From Diplonema japonicum (Eukaryota; Protista; Euglenozoa: Diplonemea), in contig OZ025717.1 of NCBI GenBank assembly GCA_964019335.1, forward strand, positions 310,001 through 374,000: a stretch of DNA of 64,000 nucleotides, read 5' to 3'. The notes beneath the pieces were generated by a model, which worked only from the letters and a program-made list of their open reading frames with translations, was not told where the DNA came from and searched no databases. The position numbers and the translations under genes are program-made. This document shows positions 56,401 through 64,000 of the stretch, one piece after another (position 1 is the first letter of the stretch; every line of letters begins with the position of its first letter).

Positions 56401-59400
56401 ATGCGTTCGGCGAGAAGGTCGCTTATGGAATTCTTTAACTCGTATTCTGCATTTACAAAGCGGTCGTTTGTAACAGTTGCCATTGCCAATGCCTGTTGTA
56501 CATCCTTAGATAACATTGCGTCGCTGGCAGTGGTATCGTAGAACTCCCCCTCGGGGTACGCTGTCGACGTTTTCTCGTAATCTTTCTCAGCCTTGAAGTC
56601 CCACATCAATCCAGAGATTTCGTGCGTTTGCTTTGCCACGCTTGCCGCACTATCAGCCCAGAAGTGCAGCGTCATGGCGATCATGCACAATTTGTGAGAG
56701 CTCTCGAAGTTTGCTACAATGACGTCTTCCCTTTCGTGGCTGGAGTCTAATATTTTGAGGTTGTCGTACACCTTCGAGGCGTGAACAATTTTCCAGTACT
56801 TCTCATAGGCAGAGTAGCCGTGGTCAGGCTGCCATGTGATGTCCCAGGCAGCTCTCATGAGCTCTGTCGCATCTGACATGGAGTTGTTGCAGGCGTTGAT
56901 CGCAATAAGCTTATTCGCTGTGATATCGGAGGCTTCATAATACACAGTCAGTGTGATGCCTGTCACAACAAGCGAACCAACTATTAAAATACCGTGCGCA
57001 GAACCTAGAGCACGAAGGGATCGGTCTTTGAAAAGCAAAGGATTGCGTTTAGAGGCAGACACTGCTACAAAGTAGACGGCCAATGCAACACTATACGTTC
57101 CAAGCAGGATGGAAAGGTACAGGCCTGATTTATCTGCTGACTCCCTCTCGTCTGCCAGTTCTGTGGCCCTCACCACGACGTCGCGGAGAAGATTATGCAG
57201 CTCGTCGCTGAGCTCGACATCCTCCATTAGATTCAACGCCAAGGCAAGCACTTCCGTCCGGGGTTTTACTAGGTCATCAACGTTGTTCGTCAATTTTTTG
57301 TTTCTGAGAAGCATCCCTCCGACCACACTCCATGATTCGTCTTGGATATGCTTCAGAAGTGTTACAGGCGTCCCGTAGTAGCTAGCCGCCAGTCGGAGCA
57401 TGATACGCTGCTGCTTCCTGATTCGCTTGCTTATTGCGATAACATTTTCAAAGTACAGGGCTTGTTTGGGTTCTATGTTTTTATCGAGGAGCTTTTGTTT
57501 GTATTCCCGCAGTGAGCCTCGGGAGTCGGTGAGGTAATTGGTCAGGAACTGGGGTCTTCCCGTGAGCACAAAGAGCCGGGCTAAATCGGTGAGCTTTTCG
57601 TGGCTGGCACCGTACTCACGCACAATTGAGTAGGTGTCCACTTCTTCAATATACAAGTTGTAATGTTCTGAAGAGAGTGACAGCACGGACAACGCAGAGC
57701 CTGCGATGCAAAGCACAAAAAGGACGATCATAACCTGCTTCACAACTATGTCAATGTTATGGTCTATCTCTTCGTCCCCGAACTGTTCGTCGAAGTTGAT
57801 ATCTCCTAGCGAGTCGGCATGCGTTGGGTCTTGCTCTTGATCGTTGTCTGAATTCTGGCTTTCACTTTCATTCTGTTCCACTTCTGCCTTCACGTCAGCC
57901 ACTTCACCTTGATCTGCCTTCTGATCCAATTGGTTTAATTTTTGTCTTGAAATGTTCTGCAGCTTTGATATCTCCGGTTTTGGAATTAGCGTGAAGAGGT
58001 TCAACGCCTCGAGCTTTGCCTGATCGATCTCTTCGAAATTGGACACCAGCAGCACGTACAGCAGTAGAAGCACGCCCAATGCAACGGCGAGCAGCACACT
58101 GCTCCATTGGACGTACTTTGCGTACAGGTCAGTTGCTTCCTCAGCACGAAGACGGATGTTCTCGCTGAACATTTCTGAGATTCCGTCTTCGATGTTATCT
58201 GCGATCCACTCATAGGCCGACAGCACCGACGCGTCGGAGTTGTTTCCGTAAAGGCTACGCAACACAGCCAAGGTCTCGTACCCCCCCGTCCAGAAGGAAA
58301 CCGGTGAATATATCCCAGGCAGCGTGTCGTCACGGTTCGGCAACCCATCACTACCAGGCACCGTGACCTTCATGAGTGTTGTATCCCACTTAGTGTAGGC
58401 CACCAGGGGCGGGTAGTGTGACTTGTCCGATCCGACCAAAATAGACTTCTGAGCTGATTGCAAGTCTCTAGCAACGTTAATCAAGAACGCCCTCCTTGAA
58501 TTGGCAACTGCGGTGTCCGGGGTAGACATTGGTAGGGTATTGGTGTGGACTCCTGCTAAGATAATATCCCTACACCTCGGGTCCATTGTGCATAGATCCA
58601 TCACGTAGTAGCCCGCTTGTTGTGTCAAGGACCGTGCGATTCCTGAACTGTGAAGCCCCTCAACAACGGCAAGCTGGTACTGGAAGAGAAGTGTTTGGAA
58701 AGTGAAGAATGACCCAAACAATATCAGCCATATCAATAACATGAAGAGCAATGTGTACTTCAGTTTCGTCAACGATTTCTCGGACTGTGCGTTGGTGTCT
58801 GCTGCATCGTTTGCTGTTTCTTGCTTTGTCCGGCGGCTGAATTCAGACCCTTGCTCCACCTGGTCCCGCAGCCGCATGGCGCCTTCATCATCGTGCATCA
58901 CCTGCTCCAAGAAGAGCGCGTACGACATGATCACCTTATCGTCCTTCGTCACCTCCAGCACGCCGCGGAACTCTTCGTTCGCCTGTTCTCTTTTCTTCGT
59001 GATGGCGTTTGTGATGATCGACAGCTGCACGGTGTCCAGCTGCGCGGACAGTAGTTTACCCCAGAATGTGCTCATTTGAGACAATACTTCTCGATGCAGC
59101 TTTTGTGCAGATCGCCAGATTTTGACGTGCGTGTTGTCCTTCATCCCGATTGCGTTCTTGATGTAGATGGTCAGCTTGGCCGAGTGGTACTTCACGGAAA
59201 GCGAGGACTCCATCTTTCCAATGCACTGGTCGAGATACACGTGAAGGGTGTAGTTCTGAACGCGCGTTTCGGTGGAATGCCAGCACGTGAAGTAGGCAAG
59301 CTGGAGAGGGATAATATCGGAGGCAGGGTACTTCAGACTACCGCTGTGATACTGTCTCACACATTCATCAAGCATGGATGCTGGTACGGCATCATCGGTC

Positions 59401-60731
59401 CACGTCTTGTAGTGTGCAACGTAGCGAGTGGAAAGTTCGATGTCGGTGGCAGCATGCACTTGCTTGATGTACGACACGGAGAATTGGCAGCTGGCCTCAT
59501 TGGTCTCAACGTCGAACAGGTCGCTGCAGCCCTCTTCTTCCCCATACACCATCATGTCGTTCACACAGGCATCTGGGAGACCCTGGGGGCGGATTGTCGG
59601 TGTTTTTTTCGTCACGCCCGCTAGGAACTTCGTTTTCCATATCAGGTACAAAGCAGAAACCCTGTACTCCGCCATCATTGCCCCCAAACACGTTACAGCA
59701 ACACCACCGCAACCAACCAGTGTAAAATCAACTTGCAGCTCTGTGAACGCTCCACCTTGGTCTGTCAGAAAGGCAACCATCCCAACCCACGCAGCAGCAA
59801 GGTAGCTCCCTGTTTTCAACTTGTTCGAAGCTTGCTTGAAGTACGGCAGGTAGAACGCGTACACCACGCTGATGAAGAGGCAGGTGATGCTGAACCACAG
59901 CTGGAACCATCTGATCTTCCGGTTTGCGTGGAGGATGTGGTAGAGAACGACAGTGCAGAACTTCCAAAGGGTTACTACCTTGTCGGTTCTGGAGTGCGAG
60001 CGTGCGAGAGCGTGCTTGGAAAATATATCACTATCGTAGGAGAGCGTGGACATCAAGTAGCAGATGATGAAGAAGAAGATGAAGTAAATAAGAAGGATGA
60101 CCTTGAGAAACGATTTAAGCGCCCCATTACAGGCTGCGTCAGTGGCCCAGTACTGCGCATCAGGATTACAAACAGTGAGGGACATTAAAGTAGAAGCAAC
60201 AGGTATTGTCATGAAAGAAGATAAGCCATGCAGCACCATCTGGACGGCACCAAGAGAGAGTTTAGTATGAGCTTGAGAGACACCTCGGAAAGTGGAGTGT
60301 ACACCCCATAAAATGCATGGGGTGATGGCGCACACATACAGCAGGCTCAAGACAAGTGAACCAGCAAAGCCGATATCGCTGAAGGAAGAGTCCCAGAAAG
60401 GGAGGTGGGACGCGTATATTATTTTACTGATCATTTTGAGAACGCCTCCGAATGGTGCATGGGTGTTGAGAACCAAGCCAAAAAGCTGCAACACTTCGAT
60501 CACCATCCCGAGTGTGGCAAGCCGTCGGGGGAATTGTTTGTCCACCTTCAGCATCAACGGGATGATCGGCACGATTGTTGTAAAGAACGCGACCCCCGAC
60601 ACCCCTCGTCCGTTCTGTGTTTTGCTCGACCCCGTGCTGCTCGCACTTCCTACCTGCGATGCTGTAGCGGTGGACATTGAAGGTGCTCGCTGCATCTCCT
60701 TGCCCCCAGAAGCGTTACTTGCCCTTCCCAT
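50419..60731 (-). CDS. Giant TmcB/TmcC-like multi-pass membrane sensor with 13 tandem FixL-like PAS domains (~3382 aa); exons 60731-53406, 53370-53296, 53247-53152, 53109-52916, 52876-50419
   Basis: N-terminal TM bundle, helical TPR-like region, four TM-flanked loops, LNLFTLIP and MLKMIP motifs, then 13 repeats of NVxxLMP....HDxYLxxY..TG...VIG; four GT-AG introns restore the PAS alignment. Confidence 0.9.
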
Positions 60732-62497
60732 GCCCCGACCCCACTCCTTAGAAAAAGTGTTTTCAATTTATAAGAAACAAAAAAAAGATAAAAAAGGCTC
60801 CATTCTGAGGGGAGGGGTAAGACAAGCACAAACAAAGGATGAAAGAGAGAAAAGGGGAGAGAGACTGAACAGGGCAGGGGGGGAGGGATAGGGGGAACTG
60901 CTACTACTTCACTCTTTTGAGTTTTTTGTTTGGGGTGGGGGGGTTTTTTTTACTTGCTTCTCCTCTTCTTCCATTTCATTGCGGTGATACTTACTCCCCC
61001 CCCCTCCTTTTTCTTCTTCTATTGGGGAAAGAAGAACAAAAAAAAACTACAAAGCACGTCATGCCATTACATCTTCCCTTCCCTTCCCTTCCCTTTCTGT
61101 TTATGCAAATTGGGGGAAAGTCAGTTGCATAACAGAATCAAAAAAAAAAAAAAAAAAGCCATTGCTATTTTTTTTTTCTTCCCAACACGTGCACTATGCT
61201 GTTTAATAGCCAAAGTGCTTTGCACGCTACAAAGGGGAGTGCTTTCGCAACTGTGTCTTTTTGTAGTCTCCTATCAATACCCTTTCTTTTCTTTCATTCT
61301 CTCCCCCACCCATATGGTGTGTTTTTTTGTTTTTTTTTTTGGGAGCATATCATGCATTGCAAGCTATCGTGAAAGAGACCCTCCACTAAAGCTCACAACG
61401 AATGAGGAAAAACAAAAAATAAATAGGTCGTGGCTTAAGGTATTAAGCCCCCCCCCCCCCCCCCCCAGTGTTGACTTATGAGGTAAGAAAGAAGAATGAA
61501 CAGACCCCGTCCCTCATAAAGGATCCAGCTATGAAACAAATACGCAACTTTACCTTAACTTCACGGGGGGACCCACCCACCTCAATCACCTTGTGGAAAT
61601 GTAGAACGCAAGAGAAACAGTATGTGAGGGGGGGGGGGGGGGGGGATGCTATCGGCTGGAACATGCCGTGATTGCAGTTACAAATATATTTTTTTTCTTC
61701 TTCTTCTGTTCGTCTCGGTAATAGCTTCACACACCCATTTTTTTTGATACTTTTTTTTTTCTTTCAACAAAGTTTCTTTTTCTATTTTTTTTAATTCAGA
61801 AAGAAAAAAAAATGGGAAACATGACTCCCCCTCACTCATTTGAGGGGCTTCCCTGACAGAGACAATCAGACACACGATAAATAATGGGTGTGTGTGAAGC
61901 CCTAGGAAGCAAAAAAAAAAAAAAAATGGGGAGGGGAAGGAGGAGGTGTTTCTTTTTTTTTCTTTTGCGAGCGGAAGGAAGGGAAGGGGAACGGAAGAAC
62001 CAAATAGTAACGCTTCACATCTCTAAAAACCCCGGTCTTAAAAAAAGAAATAAAAAAAACAAACAAAAAAAAACCTACTGGAAGTTTTTTTTTTTTTTTT
62101 CCAAGCAGGTTTGTAAGAATTTTTTTTTCCAGGGACAGAAAGATGAATGCAATACGTAATTCACTTAAATATAAGAAAAAAGAGAAAACTGCTAACTCGA
62201 TCCCCTAAGTTTGGGGACATGCTCAAAATCAACCCGGGGGTCTAACATTTTAAAGTTGGAAAATCCCTTTTTTTTATTATTATTTTTGTTTATTCTGACC
62301 TGATTTCCCAAGGCTTCCATGAATATCAACGGAGTTCTTCAGAAAAACTCATTTAAAACCATGGGGGGGGGGGGGGGAGGGGATTTTGAGCATTTTCAAT
62401 AAAAACTTGGAGGGGTCAAAGTTAGCACTCCACCCCCCCCAAAAAAAAACCATAGCTGTACAACGAACCAATATTTCCCCCCCCCACTTTTCCCACT

Positions 62498-63693
62498 TCA
62501 ACGCCAACTTCTAGGAGATGAAGCGCTGCCTCTGCGAGAGGAGGCATGGTGCGCGGGACGGACATCTCTTTGCAAAACTCCGAGTGTTTCTGTCCCATCC
62601 TGCCAATCGACATCATAAGTGTTGCTAAGAGGATGGAAAGCTTTAATGACACAAGGGGTCCACCTGTATATTTATTTTCATCCCTCCTCCCATTTGTTCC
62701 ATACTCTTTTCCTTCCCACAACACCTCAGCTTGCGAATTCACTCCAAGATGCGGGGGCAGAGATTCTGTCATGCTTGATGCCCCACCATACGTTCCTGAC
62801 CCGTAATAGGTGTAACTACCCTCATCGTCGCCTAATGGTCGGATATATTCACGGGAAACTCCTTCAGATATCTCACCAGAATCGAAGTGGACGGTGAAGG
62901 AACCATCACGGTGGCGTTGACCGATAGTGGCGGGGTACCACCCGTCATCGTCTGGACCGTAGAATATTTCAACTCGGTCGTTGGGGTTGATGTCAAAGGA
63001 ACGAGGCGACACATGAGATGAGGTAGGAGAAGGTGCGCCTTGAAGCCTCATGGAATGGCCTGCCACACCTTCAGCCGCCTCACCTGTTTCAAATGTAACC
63101 GCGAACGAACCGTCGAATAATTTCGCTGTGACCTCTGCCGGGTACCAAACACCTTGTGACACACCATCTTCTTGCCCATAGTATACTTCTACTTTGTCGC
63201 CAGGTCGGAATGTACCTTTTGACATACTTTTGCTTGAAGGAGAGTACGCCCCTTGGGATCCGGGGTTCGGGTTTGACATATCGTAGTTGACGACCCCTTT
63301 GCTCTTGTCTTCTTTTATTTTTGGGATGTCGCCTGGTTGTGGGGGCACCACGTTGATCTTCACGTTTGTCGATGCTTTTAAAATATCCCCCACTTCGATG
63401 TGGCTGTACACTGGTTTGCCGTTTAAACCCACCACTAGCCATCCTCTGTGGGTGTCGATATCTTGTGCATGTGCTGGAGAACCTGGTTGGGTCCCTCTGA
63501 TTTCTAGAACACCTTTTTTCCATGCTCTCAAGATGATGCCCGCAGGCTGGCTCATTTCTTTTTGCAAGTCGAGTGGAACAGATTCCGGAAGGCGGTCCTT
63601 CGGGTCCTTTGAAAGTGATTTTTTTTTTTTTTTTTTTTCCCATACCACTGCCTTGAATGATCCAGGCGGCTTCTTTGTTTTCGTCTTTGTCAT
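62498..63693 (-). CDS. PDZ + three Tudor/Agenet-like domain protein; introns 63607-63645 and 62664-62704
   Basis: PGSPAH...VVGLNGKPV (PDZ); FRPGDKVEV..WYPAEV; DRVEI..WYPATI; splicing reveals a third repeat EVLWEGKEWTPCVI..YDVDWQDG, stop at 62498. Confidence 0.8.
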
Positions 63694-64000
63694 TTTTTTT
63701 TTCCCCCTCCTTTGAACGTTTATATGAAGAATTAAATTTTGTTTTTTTTTTTATAAAAAAAAAAGGAATGAAGTAACCATAAGACATAAATAAGTAGGAA
63801 GAGGAATAAAACTCAGAGGCAGGATACCTTTTGGTCGATGTATCACTTTGTTGGGTTTCTTTCTTTTTTTTTTTAACGGGGAGAGGGAGGGAAAGAATGA
63901 AGAAGAAAAAAGAGGGAGGGACCCAACCTACCTCCCGTTCATTCCTGTCTTTGTTTTTTTTTCTACCCGCCCTTCCTCCCGCCCGTTTTCTCCTTTTTTT

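Noticed and set aside
61432-61449. Perfect hairpin GGCTTAA-GGTA-TTAAGCC
   Set aside because: A single 7-bp stem is expected by chance; no supporting context
595-63787. Plus-strand ORFs and poly-K/poly-F ORFs or N-terminal extensions in the ORF track
   Set aside because: Antisense shadows of real genes or translations of homopolymer tracts; real starts usually follow an A-run

Overview
Eukaryotic genomic DNA, most likely a euglenozoan such as a diplonemid. This is an inference from three things: all ~25 credible genes lie on the minus strand as one directional cluster, eL13 has a kinetoplastid-like N-terminus, and the genes carry very short GT-AG cis-introns. Intergenic DNA is dominated by A/T/G/C homopolymers. 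Recognisable genes: a SAC9-type phosphoinositide phosphatase, MON1, a 2032-aa armadillo-repeat protein, a MORN+PDZ protein, three tandem MAPEG genes flanked by two copies of a small membrane protein, IFT70/TTC30, a large coiled-coil protein, aspartate-semialdehyde dehydrogenase, RPL13, a DUF4211-like protein and a PDZ+3xTudor protein. I reconstructed 15 introns of 32-81 nt by hand, which merges several split ORFs. Main highlights: (1) a ~3380-aa TmcB-like multi-pass membrane protein ending in 13 tandem FixL-type PAS domains that all keep the heme-ligand His, with no output domain; (2) a 1.9-kb non-autonomous TIR transposon (24-bp TIRs, TAA TSD) with tRNA-like Pol III A-box/B-box/oligo-T cassettes inside both ends; (3) a 5-copy array of a double-guide box C/D snoRNA; (4) an array of candidate single-hairpin AGA-box (H/ACA-like) RNAs; (5) several unexplained structured intergenic islands. 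All family assignments come from motif recognition, not database searches.
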